Positions 39,951 to 53,299 are shown, numbered from the whole stretch's first letter. The stretch is 63,430 bases of DNA, filler included, from Platydemus manokwari (GCA_037951405.1; 6 parts of 6 records of this genome joined end to end with filler, not necessarily neighbours in it), one strand, 5' to 3'. Translations and numbers: made by a program. Notes: generated from the letters alone by a model not told the origin.

Positions 39951-40717
39951 GGTCTTGAGGGTTTTAAGTTTCGAGCCATGTGCGTCATGAAGGTTGAAAT
40001 TTGCGATGAAGATAATCTGAGCAAGCTGAGATCAATACTGGTGTGCTTGATGTACAGTTGTGAGAATTGCTGGAAATCTGGGTTGAAGATGATGATCTTA
40101 TTTGAGTTTGATGGTGATGGGGATCAGACTCAATACATCGATTCTGTGGTCTAAGGTTCTCTGGATATGCCTGATCGTTTTGTATATTGTTTCAATGTCG
40201 ATCCGTCTGAAGGAGAAGTTAGGGCTTTTTTGTTTATTTCTTGAGTTCACAAAATTTATTACAAGCCTTACGGCATGGATCTTGACATTCTGGAAGTACA
40301 AAAAGAGGTTGTTGTTTCTTGGTATAATGTTTTGTTATGCCGCAAACGGAGCGACATTGAAAAGGTTCCAAAGCTTCAAATCTGTTGAGCCACGGTCGAG
40401 ATCATTGGAAGCGTTGCCTAGAAAGACTTGATTAGGTTGTTTAATCGGTGTCATGTATGTTATGTGCTTTCATATTTCTAGTTACATTGTGTTTATGTCT
40501 GCTCTTTTTATGTTGGTGTTTACGTTGTGTGCTAGACTTTTGCGTCTCTCTATTGTGTTTTTTGGTGTCTCAAGTGGTAAGCAGAGTAGTTGTTCGCCTC
40601 TCTTAAATTTCTTTTCGTGTTGCAAGTAAACGATGTTTGCCTTTTCTTTTATTTTTGTGATATTTATGTGGTCGAGGGGTACTCTGTTGCATGTGTTCCT
40701 TATGTAGCCAAAGCAGT

Positions 40718-40797
40718 AGTTGGAAAATGGTTGTCCTAACCCAAATCCAACAAATTTGAGCGAAGCGAATTCGAGTTCGGACAACCATTTTCCAACT
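40718..40797. repeat. Perfect 19-bp inverted repeat (extends to about 29 bp imperfectly) with GCGAAGC in the loop
   Basis: agttggaaaatggttgtcc (40718-40736) / ggacaaccattttccaact (40779-40797). GCGAAGC at 40760-40766. Confidence 0.9.
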
Positions 40798-40959
40798 TCT
40801 TAGTAAAACAATAAAACATTAAAGCCTCGCATATCACCCCGAATTGCACATTTTGCAATTACGGTTAGTTTTTCACTGTAAACTTACTACTCCGATTTTC
40901 GGCGATTGGAAAATCATAAAATAATAACAAGACAGTAAATAAAAAAGATAAATATAAAA

Positions 40960-41733
40960 ATGGATGAACCCAATTTGGAATATTTTTGTGAAGTGTGTTA
41001 TAGATATTTTAAAATTAAAACAGCATTAATATCTCACAGAAAATCAAGAGATCATTTAATGAGAGAGAATGGAAGAGGAGGAGAAAATAGAAATGTAATA
41101 CAAAATGAATTCAAAGAAGTTTATGAAAGATATAATTATGAAAATAGATATCATAACGTAAAATTAGACTTGTATAAAGAGTGTAATATAAAGAGAATAT
41201 ATGAATTAAGAGATGAATTAGTTGATATAATAAATAGTTATTTTGTTTCAATAAAGAGTAAATTTATGTATCAAATAACAATTAACTGTGAATATGAAAA
41301 AGAAGGAGAATTAATAGATTATAGATATTATACAAATCCAGAAAGAATATCAAATCAAAGTTTGATTAATGAAAGTATTTATAATCATTTAGATGAATTA
41401 AATGGTTATATAACTGAGAGAGAATTACCTAATGGATCTGGTTGGAGACTTGTTAAAATAAAGTCATTACTTCTTGAGTTATCAAAGTATAATTCATTAG
41501 CTGGAAGTAGTTATGTAAAAATACCTAGAACTTCAAGAGAAATATTAAACATAAAGAATAATGATAATAAGTGTTTCTTATATTCAATAATAGCTCACTT
41601 TTTTCCAGCACCATCACATTCAGATAGAGTATGTAACTACAGTCCTTTTGTAGAGGATTTAAATATTGAAGGATTATCATTTCCAATGCAAATTAAAGAT
41701 ATTCCCAAGTTTGAAGAAATGAATGATATTAAA
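40960..41733 (+). mobile_element. Polinton/Maverick-type protein-primed DNA polymerase B, N-terminal part (C2H2 ZnF, terminal-protein-like region, OTU-like protease), truncated by contig end
   Basis: Intronless and stop-free. CEVC..F.....LISHRKSRDH zinc finger; GSGWRL...GSSYVKIP...ILNIKNNDNKCFLYSI...DRVCNY...LNIEGLSFPMQIKDIPKFEEMN. This motif string is typical of invertebrate Polinton pPolB N-termini, with DNKCF matching the OTU catalytic Cys. The polymerase core is not visible. Confidence 0.8.
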
Positions 41734-41833
41734 NNNNNNNNNNNNNNNNNNNNNNNNNNNNNNNNNNNNNNNNNNNNTTAATTAATTAANNNNNNNNNNN
41801 NNNNNNNNNNNNNNNNNNNNNNNNNNNNNNNNN
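41734..41833. other. Artificial contig spacer
   Basis: 44 N + TTAATTAATTAA + 44 N. Confidence 0.97.
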
Positions 41834-42284
41834 TAAATGTTCATCAGACAACCGTGACCTGTAGCAAGATTTTTGTCATAATGTTCGTGTGTTTCATAGT
41901 AAGCTTGGCGTGCCGTACTTTGGAGACCCCTGCCTTATATAATAAAAAAAAATTTTCTTTTGAAGACTCTTAAATACTTAGTTTTTGTTTATAAGATGTG
42001 TCCTTTATGAAACGTGTTTTGATTAGACCGTATATATGGAGAAAATCAAATACTACATTTCATCGGATAAATGATACGGCATTAATTCGCTTTACAAATT
42101 TTGTAATTTAGGATTTTATTCGAATAAACAATGGGTTTGGTAATTTATGATGCTATTTAACGCGTATATCTAATACATCTTAATTATTAATTAAAATTTA
42201 ATCACTGTCATCATTATTCGATAGAAAATTAATGTTCGTAAAATATTAATTGATTATTAACAAACAATAAATAAATATTTTTAG

Positions 42285-43791
42285 AAAAAACCAAACAACT
42301 CGCATTACCGTTCTTGATTTTAAAGATAATTTTCTCAAACAAGATGCAGCATTTGTTTTGTGGGTTGAATCTGTTTCAATCATTAAATTGATGGAATTTT
42401 CAGCTCATGAAAACGAAAATATTCCTCCTTGTACAATTGACACTATTTCACCCTTTGATATCAATAATGATTTGTTAATATTTCTCAAGTATTATGATTA
42501 TCGGTCGAAATCCATTCATTTCTGTGGACACATTTTTATTCGAATCCAATCACAACTCAATGTTATCATGCCCGAAATGTGGCGCAGAGCCAATTTACCT
42601 GTAAATACGAAATTATTAATTTACGAAGAACGTAAACCGCAAAGCATAGAACTGTTAAATCCCGATGCAAAAATTGAACAATGTGTGGAAATTTTAATGG
42701 ATGGAAATATTATCGTCTTTCAAGAACAATTACAGAAAAATGATACCGAAGATTTTTCAACTGTCATTGATTATTTCAATGATTATTTCTATCAGAATGA
42801 TATTCTTTTTGTTGATAAAAATAATATCGAAGAACAAGGTTTTGTATTAAGATTTTCTGGTAAATCATCATATGAAGATATGACCAAAGCTGTGGGACAT
42901 TATCTCAATTATCCTAGTGATAAAATTCAATTTTTCAGATCACAACCCGGATTTTCAAATAAAGAAGTGATTGGGAGTTGTATTAGATCTACATTTGATG
43001 GTGAAATCAAGGATTTGTTGGCACAATATCCACGCAATAAAGGTCAACGGAGAATTTATTATGAGAAATTGTCGATACCGGTAGAAGAATTGGAAAATAT
43101 GCGCCAAGTTCATTGTTTTTATGTTAACGACAAATTGAGCGAAGAATTACTCTATACTGTTAATTTAAATCGTTCAGCTTCAATTAAAGATCTCATCGAT
43201 GCTATTTCGAAGCAAATAAACATCCGTCAATCGTCAAATGATCAATCAAATAAACCATCCACCGACGACCATCATGATTCCGAAGAAGATCTTTCGAAAA
43301 ATTTTCGAGTATTTGAAATCAGTTCTTGTAAAATCATCCAACAATACTCCCTGGAAACGAAAATATCACAAATTCAAACATCGATCAATAGGCATTTACG
43401 TGTTGAGGAAGTTCCAGTTGATGAAAGAGAAATCGAGCCGAATGAAGAATTAATTTATGTGGCTCATTTTCATAAAGATTCCTATTCGACTTTTGGAATT
43501 CCGTTTGCTTTGAAAATACGTGACGGAGAAACGTTTAATGCTGTTAAAGAAAGAATTAAACGTCGTTTGGATATATCTGACAAAGAATTTGAAAAGTGGC
43601 GATTCGCTATTGTCGGTGGTAGAGCATCTTATTTACCTGACGATCCAGATTCTATCGTAAGAACCAACGTGTTTCACTCTCATAATTTCAATACAGTTTC
43701 TGGAACCAGACCGTGGCTAGGAATTGAACATAAACCATCAAAACGACCCAGAGCAACTGGTTGTGAAAAGCCAATTAAAATTCATAATTGA
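42285..43791 (+). CDS. USP7: Ubiquitin carboxyl-terminal hydrolase 7, final exon (UBL domains and activating tail); upstream exons not in this contig
   Basis: Acceptor ttttag at 42284, then a long open frame: LLIFLKYYD, LMDGNIIVFQ, DKIQFF, VAHFHKDSYSTFGIPF, KEFEKWRFAIV, RPWLGIEH...EKPIKIHN*, matching the USP7 C-terminus. Confidence 0.95.
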
Positions 43792-46700
43792 TGATTTGAA
43801 CAAATTCTTCGCTCACATCAACTCAATAATTGACATTGATAATGCAATAATATTGTGTGGATAATGTGACTGATGAGCCGCTTGTCCAGCATGTATTTCT
43901 ACTTGTCGCCTTTAATGTAGTTTGATTAAATTTTGGTGTGAGCTCAAATCTTAACATTTTTTTTGTATCATAGGGATATTCGCCTAGTGTATGATAATTA
44001 AATATTGTCAGATTTATTTGAAATTAGTAAATATTTTAGTAATACTGAAAATGTTTGAAAAAATTTTTAACAGATAAACATTGTGGTACAAAAACATAAA
44101 TTTGACAATGATGTTGAGAGAAGCTGCTTGTGAAGATTTTAATGTGGAAATATTTGAAAATATTTTGTTTTTGAGAGTGATATCAAAATCGGTATATTTG
44201 TTAACTCAGATATTTGTTGCGGCGATAAATAGCAGTTGATTATTTGTGAATAAATTGCTTTAAGAGTGTTTTGTATATACATAATAAATATTGCAATATT
44301 TGTAAATATTAAAAGTATAAATATGAAATAATTCATTCATTCATATTTTGAACAGTAAAATTTAGTACCATGAATTAATTTTTAATAATTTTTTAGCGAA
44401 ATTGTATTAAAATCTCTGATTGGACAAATATTTATAAGATGATTTCGCTGTGCTGTTTCATGAGTACTTCAGAGTAATGTGTGGGTAAATCTATTTTCAA
44501 ATTGCATTGTAGGATGATGTGTGGGTCTTTCATAGATTAAGCTATAAATATTTGATACATTTTTAAACTGATTTATTTTTATTTAAGGAAATTTATAGTA
44601 TTAAAATATTTGGATCGCGAAAGTAAACTATAATTTGAGGAACTTAAATTCCTTTGAATTAAATAGTATGTGGTATATATAATTAAAAACTAAGCTATCA
44701 GATGGTCAAGGTCATCTTTTATATATCGTTTCACACCTAGATTATCAACAACTTATTTCTTTGCAATGTTCTAAGAAACACGTTTTCATACCCATTTCAA
44801 AAATCCATTCATCTTAATTAGGAGGAATCGATTACACAATTCAACATTAATTATATTACTTAAGCTCATGGTAAATTTGCACCCGAGGGAATATTTATAA
44901 ACTACCTTTAGAATAATTATCAACTTAAATTAATATATTTTGGTCAGCGCAAGTTTACTGACCACATTTTAACTCATTCTGGAAAATGATTTTCAAACTA
45001 ATTTCTAAAAATCTTCCGTTTATTTTTCTTCTGACTTTGCCTGCTCTCGAAACACAATCTCACTTACAATATAATTATTTTCATTTAGCTGAATGATTCC
45101 AGTAAAATTTTGACAGAGAATTTCAAATGATAAAATAGTCTAATTTTGTGGTTTATCTCCCGTCAACCTGTCTACTTATCTTTCTTATATAATGCTAATA
45201 TTTCTGTTTATGTTTCTCATTAAATCCGTTTTCATTTATCTGTGATAATATTTATTTATAATCATGGACTTATTATTTCTTTCATTATTTTTAAATTTTT
45301 CAATTTATTTAAAGTAATTTTGTTGATTAACCTTTGGAATATTATTTATTATAATTTTTATTGTTTATATATATTTAAAATTTTATAAATGATGATTATT
45401 ATTTCTAATGGATCTCAATGGTGAAGGAATTCAATAAGTTGATTTTGATATATTAAAATCAACAAGATATTCCTGATGATTTAATAAGTAGTTAGAAGCC
45501 AATAATTGATGTTTCCTTCAAGGATCTGACAACTAACAGAAAATTGGGTGTACGCTACAGATATAAATAAATAACAGCGAACAATATGATACTTTTATTG
45601 ATTATAATAATAACTAGCAAATGTTCAATGGGTGATTTTAAAAGCAAAAAATAAAAATCAACGGAGAGTACTAAGTGGCTTCCTAGTTCGATGTGAAAAC
45701 TATAGAAGATTATAATTTTAAAATTTCAACAAATTCTTTTCAGGCTTTGTGAAGGTCGCAATTAATAATTCTCAACAAATCTCCTGTCGAGGATAGAAAA
45801 CAAAATATTCGAAATGAACAATGAATATGTAATTAGAATTGATCATGTAACTGAATGAGTAACTTGAATTAACTCCGTACAATGGTAAAATGATCAACTC
45901 CGAATGATACACTGAAAGTAGAATATGAGGAGAGATTTTTGTGCAAATAAGTGATGAGTGCCTTTTCTTTTATACTATGTCAGGATATGTAGAAGATATT
46001 ATTCATTTTTCATTTACAATTGGTTACGTTGCCATGGTGATTTGAAATTTAAATTCTAATTACCATATTCACAACTATTTTCCCAACGGAAACGTGAATA
46101 ATCGCAGCTACTGCTTTATTTTATTGCTACTCAGAACGTGATTTTATTTTTGTAAATTTTTTTTTCATATTTATTATTTATGGTTGTTATGCGCGTATTT
46201 ATTTATTTTTATTTACACACACACACACATATAAGAAGGATGGGTAAAAATAACGATTAATAAAATTCGAAACAGCACCAACTGTGGTTGATTGGACTTT
46301 ATTACATGGCATCTTATTATATATATAGTATTATTTATGAGATACTGTACCAATATTCAAAAGTCATGCTAAGGAAATTGTTGAATACCAAACATTATCC
46401 AGATAGAAACAATAATTAATATAATTTTTTCTAGAAAAAAAATCCAAAAATAGACCAAAAAAAATAAATTTAGAAATAACAAAATGCCAAAATCGGATGA
46501 TGAAATAAGAATATCAAAAAATAACAACACAAAATAAAGAGTAATATAATTGGAAAATATAGAATTTGAAAATAGAATTTCAAACAAATAAAGTATAAAC
46601 AAACACGATACATAAACTTGAAAAACCACAGAATAAGGCATACAAAACATTGTTAGAATACTTTAATAGCCATCAATAAGCTTACTTAATACGTACATTG

Positions 46701-46970
46701 AATGAATGGCCACAGAAAATTTAATCGTAGCATTCAAGAAATCAATTTGTTACAATCAATTTTGTTTGTAATACCTGTACGATTATTATTTAAGAAAATA
46801 TTCCTGCATATTGGTTAGAAAATTGATTGATGAAAAATAATTGATCTGTAAATACAAAGTAATTTAAGCGACAAAGAAGAATTATTAATTTCAAGCAATT
46901 ACTATTGTTTAAAATTAACTTTAATAATTTTTTAATTAATCAATGTTGATTACGTTACTAGTGCCTTAAC

Positions 46971-47188
46971 TGGATTGGACCCAGTCTAATCATTCAACAA
47001 ATTAAATCTTAAATATTCTCGTAAACTTTAACAATGAAGAGGGGTCACTGGCACATATAAGTCCAACCATCAGGACGCTAATCAACAGATAGTTCTTGTA
47101 GCGAAAGCACAGGAGACTCAAAATCATATCCATAGAAACAATAGAACTCCATATTAATAAACTAAAGAAAACCTGGTTATTGTTTCAT
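46971..47188 (+). repeat. Diverged dispersed repeat, copy 2 (see 10223-10427)
   Basis: Shares collinear blocks with copy 1. Confidence 0.55.
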
Positions 47189-47214
47189 TTCGGTGAACTG
47201 AATCCCAAATTTAA

Positions 47215-48100
47215 GGCTATCGGCATAGTTTTGTGATGCTTGAAAGTTCTAAATATATTTGAGACTAATGGAATCCGGCATCTTCATTGTTATTTTTAGA
47301 TAATTATTTGATTATAAATCTCATTTTAGCAATGCAGTGGCTTTGAAAAACTCAATTCGATGGAAATCGTGGACCGTAATCAGAGAATAATAAAAGTCGT
47401 CTGTGAAATATTATCAATAATAATCAGCACAAAAAAATTAAAATCGAAGTTTAATGAAATTTTTGTTAATAAAAATATTTTTGGATTATTTCTAACGCTA
47501 TTTCACTTTCCTTTATAATCTAACCAAGCGAAACACTGATGGTGTAAATATTCATGATCCGGCGCACACACTTAAACTATTTTTATCCGAAGTTTGTTTA
47601 CAAAACCGTTGGATTTATTGGATTTAAAGCTTAAATTGTAAATATATTATGTAATTGGCTAATGGATTTTCGTTTAAGATTACATTAAGTTAAGTGATAT
47701 TAACTAGTATCGACTAATATTGATTGTTACTGAGATTACATTTTCATATTCTGGATTATTATAAAACAAAATCCACAGATGAAACTATTAAATTTTTTAT
47801 TCGATTTTGTAAAGGGTTGACATTATAGATTTTAAATACAAGAAATTTTGAAAGAATCCATTAAATAAATTCAAAAATTATGTAGCCCTGCTTGATACTA
47901 ATAATTGTTATTCAAATTAAACCAACTAATTTACTAAAAATATGACTGCTGATTTATCATTGAAATATGCTAATGATCTCATTTTTAGAGAGATCAGATT
48001 TACATTCTTATCAATTTTTGACGACCAAATTAAATTTGTATCAGCTGAAATGATAAATAATAAAAGAAATTCAACGATGTAATGCATAAATGCTTTGATT
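47215..48100 (+). mobile_element. Probable decayed P-element/THAP9-like transposase
   Basis: Motifs in the expected order: HDPAHTLKL (DxxHxxK), STDETIKF..., YQFLTTKLNLYQLK (cf. YLLTxxLxQDxLE) and NKRNST..CINAL (cf. NxNPTxxQFxxA). Confidence 0.5.
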
Positions 48101-48589
48101 TAAAATCAAGTGTTAATATATTCCACTTATAAGCGATAACACATAAAAATTTATTTTAATTTACAGTAAAAAAATTTTTCGAATTTTACTTAAATTTAAG
48201 AAATTTGAAGAAATTAATATCATTGAAGATTTATTTAGAATTCTTGTTAAAGACATAAACAATATGATTGGAGAATCCTAAAGTGAATTGTTAATAACAA
48301 AATCCTTAACAACAAAATATTAAAATTAATTTACGACCTGTGAAAAAATATACTTTTAATCAAAATAATTAAAATATTTTATTACCAGATTTGAATTATA
48401 TATAATTTTTTGATAGATTTAATAAGAAGTAGTACTTACTGAGAACCTACCCATACAAAAATGTCTTCCAAATACGAAAACCTCTGCACATTCAAATTAT
48501 CTATTCACATCTATTCACGAATTAAATAAAATCACAAATTCCAACCAATTCAATCTCTATTTTCAAACAATTCATTTTCGAAAATCATT

Positions 48590-48830
48590 CAGGACGCCCA
48601 TACGACGTGAACATATTTAAACTCAACTAAATAGTGTTTTTAATATTCTATTTTATAATATTAAATAAAAATTTTGTCATGGTATCATTGGATATCTACG
48701 ACAGTATTATAAACATAAAATTTGATTTGATCATCCCAGGATTAACAAATACAAAAATCATTTAACGTTTGATAAAACGATGTTTCGAATACACTTTTAT
48801 GAAACTAAAATAAAAGACCAAGCACAAATT
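48590..48830 (+). mobile_element. Possible Penelope-like RT remnant
   Basis: GRP followed by MVSLDIYDSIINIKFD...LIKRCFEYTFM (cf. MVSFDVxxLFTNI...LLxxCLxxTxF). Confidence 0.35.
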
Positions 48831-51800
48831 CTTAAAAATCAAGAGAGACTGTAAAATGAAGTTGAGCAAATAAGGGATCACTAAAACCAAAGACATGATT
48901 ACCAACCAAAAATACTCGAAATTATTTTCGATAGCCTACTTTTTGATAGTTTATATAAGTGATTCACGCATCCAGAGGGTCACTGATGAATATAAGCTAA
49001 TTTTGGGCGCGATAATACTATAATAATGTAAGAAAATGATTATTAAAAATTTTTATGTATCTCGTTTGCTCAAAACGCTTAATTTATCTTTAAACAACGT
49101 ACTGTACGTTCTCGCTAATTTTTATTGAAATATGTGTAATCGCGCACTCAATGCTACTGCTTGTGCGCTTTGTCGCTTGCAACGCCGAGGTCTGGTAGTA
49201 GAGTGGTAGTATTTCTGGTATTCCCCGTAATGATTGACTGAAATAAAACTAAAAGAACGGTTAGTTTGTTGTGATATTACGAGAAGTTAAAATTAAGTAA
49301 CAAAAGATAGTAACATTAAGATTTTTTTATAAATTGCTACTAAAAGTTTTAAAAAATTGATGTGAATCACTCGTTTATATTGTGTGTGTGCTATTTCACA
49401 GTTTAAAATTTCACATACTTATTTACCAGGGCCATTTTAAATCTTAGGCATGCATTTAATTTGAAAATTTCCTTATGCCTCCTTTGCCATTTAAGCATTT
49501 TGTAGCTCGTAATATTCTAAAGGGATGCGAAAATTGAAAATCGAAATCCAATAAATGATTGTTAACTTGAAAGACTGTGACTCGCTATTATAGTAGTGTG
49601 TTATCTTGCCTGTATGTATACTCTCGTATTTCTCATTTAAGGGCGTTTTATCATGATTTTAGAACAGTTACCGATACATTCCATAAAGACAATGTTAACT
49701 AGAATAATAAAATTATATTTTTCAGAAGTCTTCAAATTAGACATTGTGATCTTAAAAGCTGATTCTACCAATAAGATCATCAACAGCCACATCAAACTAT
49801 GAGATATTTTCGAGATATATTATCTGTTAGAATATTAATTGACTCTGACCACCGAAAATTGCAATTTAAATCACATTGAATTCCAAAATTCGATTCGTCA
49901 ATCAACGATAGATAGTCATGCAAGGTAGGATCAGCACCGGAAAATTAAATAACAAAGCAGAGGGCAACCACAAAAATACTGGTAGATACGCGTGAAATAC
50001 AACTCCTTTAATAAGCTCTTATTGTTTGTTAACTTGATGTCTCAGAGCTTCACTTTACATTCGATAGAGATGTTCATATATCGATCTGTCAAAAATTTCT
50101 CTTACAGCTCTCATGCCATTGGCGAATCTCAGTATTTGTTGCCAGTTGTTGGTAAGCACTAGCCATTTATTGAATTTTAAATATGCGTTAATATATGGAA
50201 AGAATCTAATTGGTTTTTGGCACTTGTGGTTATGGAATATGTGTATATCAGTTCTTTGAGGGTTATTTCCATGGTTTCCGCGAATATTTTGATTGTTTTC
50301 ATGACCTACCTAATACAGCGGTGTTTTCCAATCTATACTTTGTTATAATCTAATAAAATAAGGTATAAATGATTTAATTATGAAAACTGCTTGTAAATTT
50401 TTTTCCTGTCTTTATTTCGCTCACATGTTACCTGTGCTAATGAATTTGCATTATGTTTTGTAAAGTATATTTTGTAAAAATAATTACTCGTCAAATTTTT
50501 CGTTGCATACATTCTGATATCATTTGAAGATAGTGTTGACTTAAATACGGTTGACTGAAGGAAGTAGTTTGTATTATTGATATTAGAATTTATGGAATCA
50601 AAATCTGTCCCACTAAATCAAGTCATTATTAAATCTCGAAGAATAAAACTATAGAAAAACTGATGATATTGTTGAGACTATTGCTGAACAGTGCTGCAAC
50701 GGTAAATAACTATTGGTGGTATTCATAAAAATAATATTTAATGAAACCAGTAGTTAATAACGATTGTGTGTCTTCCACCAATAAATGACTCAGTAGTAAA
50801 GTAACTCAAATAGAAATTCATTCCTCAAAAAAAGTAAATAGAGTATATTAAAAATAAAGGACACCCAATAAAGCCTTAAAGCACAAAAAAATTTTCAAGA
50901 TTTAAAGAATAAAAAAATTATTCAGTTAATATCAAGATAAGTAAAATGCAATTGTAAAACAATTCAAATGATACACAAGAACAATAAAACTAATCAATAA
51001 ATATGATAAACAAATGACCATGAAATTCTTTTATTATTTATATTAGTAAAAACGTAACTGTAATTGGTCCTATTTTGATTGAATTATTTTAGCGAGATAG
51101 CTACTATGTCGCTGACTCTTAGAAACATCTAGTGTCACAAGTGATTTGTAGGTGGTTAGATCTAAGGTCCCCATAATCAGGGCTTTGGGCACAGTTTGAT
51201 TGAATCTGAATTTTTATTTATACTTTAATTGGACCAGGTTCAATATAAAGTTTCCAAAAAGATATTTTAATAATAAAATATACCTTTTAAAATGATAAAA
51301 CAATTAATAAATTTATTATTTTTCTTCTCAAAGATTTGGAGGGAACCAGTAATTTTTAGATGGAGAATTCTGAAGACGGATTGTAGAAATAAAAATATTC
51401 GTTATTATCTTTGTAGTTTCGCACTAATAATTTCTCTTAGTATATCTTGACAATTTTAAATTGAATTTTATTGTAGTGGGTTGTTAAATGCTGGAAATAA
51501 TACATGTTTGTTCCTACATATAATTTTTTTTTACTTTAGTTGGTTATACATACGAGTGTCTTTCTTTGTTAAGTTATTTCTTTATTTCGATTGTCACGTA
51601 TAAAATAATTTTGTGGTCATATATTATAATATTTAAGCTTTTTTAAAGATCAATTTAAGATGGATTTGTTCCTCTTATATCTTGGCAAAATCCACTTCAT
51701 CGATAGATGTCTCTGCAAGATATATCAAGTTGCTTCTTTTAAAATCTTATGTCATTCAAACAAAAGTTGAGAAATAACTCATAAATTAGAATTATCAAAA

Positions 51801-52144
51801 CACAGTGTCCCGAGAAAACCGATACAATACATTCCTAATATAATACATTAAAAATCTACTGAATTTCGAAAATAAAGGAATACAAAACGGACTGTGGTCA
51901 CATCTATTATTAATGAATAAATAAATCTGGTAAAATGTGGCCACAATAAATAAAACCGGCTTATATTTTATTATTAGTTAATAAATAAGCTTTTTACTAT
52001 CATAAATATATTATCATTATTTTAAATTATAATATATCTTTGAAGCTCTAAAATCGATTATCTTTTCTAATAATAATCCGATTTTAATTTCGATAACAGA
52101 TAAAATGAATTCCCATCAAATTTTTATTTTATAGAAAATAAACT

Positions 52145-52198
52145 TTAGTTGGGATTTGAACCCCTATCATTATTTAAACGCCTACAACTGAGTGGTGC
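52145..52198 (-). repeat. Degenerate tRNA-like (SINE head) sequence
   Basis: Minus strand has A-box-like ctcagttgtag and B-box ggttcaaatccc, but no complete cloverleaf. Confidence 0.3.
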
Positions 52199-53199
52199 AT
52201 ATTGAAATTTTTATCTAAAATTTGTTTTAATTAATTCATTCCAAGAATTTTATCACCATTTAAATCTATTAATCAATAAGTTATAGGTTTACTTCTGAAA
52301 ACTTCTTTACAAATAAAATTTATAATTTAAATATGATTATGTGTAAGATTGCTTTTATTAAAGGATTCATATTTCATAAATGAAATTCTCCATTTTGATA
52401 CCCAAGACTAAAAACTTACCACTTGTAATTGATTGTTATGGGTCACTATCAGAGAAGGATGTCAGCTTAGCTGTTTCACCTCCGAAAAAATCACTGTCTT
52501 TAAAATTAAAACCTCTTAATTTCATAATATTCGGAATTTATTCGCACTCGTACTTCTTAATAAATAACCATTGGTTTTTTCATGTTTTGATTTATTAGAT
52601 CTTGAAATTTCTTTATCACAAATCTCACAAAAATGTCACCTTTGATTCTCGGCTTTTTATAATGTTACTCATCAATTTAAATTTTTATTTAAAATAATTT
52701 TATTGATGTCGAAACCATTAATAGCCTTTTTTAAACGTAAAATTGTTATTATTTTTTCAACTTTTTCATGCATATCATATTTTACTATATATTTCTCATT
52801 ATTTCTGTTGTCACGAGGAGAACATGATGATTTTGAAAAAAAAATGATTAACTCATCTTACCTATAAGTATTTTTATATAATAGAAACAATGTCCCATTT
52901 TGTATTATCATTATCTGTCAAGTATAAATCTGCACAGCCTTCCATTTAATTGTCGTTCTGAGCCATTTGATACAATAGTTTTTTTGTTTTTTGCTGTCAA
53001 GACTTGTCTATCTGAACTAAATAACCGCAAAATTATTGTGTATTATATTTAGGGTTACAATTCTATCAACAAAATATATGCTTATTGTGACAGTAATCAG
53101 TTATCTTACATTTTATAATTACAAATATATTAGGTGTATAACCTTAAAATTTCGGTTTTTTTTGAAAAATATTTATTTATTTAAAGTACATTTTGCATA

Positions 53200-53299
53200 N
53201 NNNNNNNNNNNNNNNNNNNNNNNNNNNNNNNNNNNNNNNNNNNTTAATTAATTAANNNNNNNNNNNNNNNNNNNNNNNNNNNNNNNNNNNNNNNNNNNN
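53200..53299. other. Artificial contig spacer
   Basis: 44 N + TTAATTAATTAA + 44 N. Confidence 0.97.

Noticed and set aside
39300-43791. Cluster of Ulp1, OTU and USP7 ubiquitin-like proteases as one system
   Set aside because: They belong to a decayed retroelement, a separate Polinton and a host gene on another contig across an artificial spacer.
49184-49225. tRNA-like 5' half (tggtagtagagtggtagtatt)
   Set aside because: No T-arm/B-box or acceptor stem pairing.
52646-52658. ttctcggctttt resembling the U2 snRNA 5' end (Utopia target)
   Set aside because: Match is only about 12 nt, does not extend and is not next to a retroelement.
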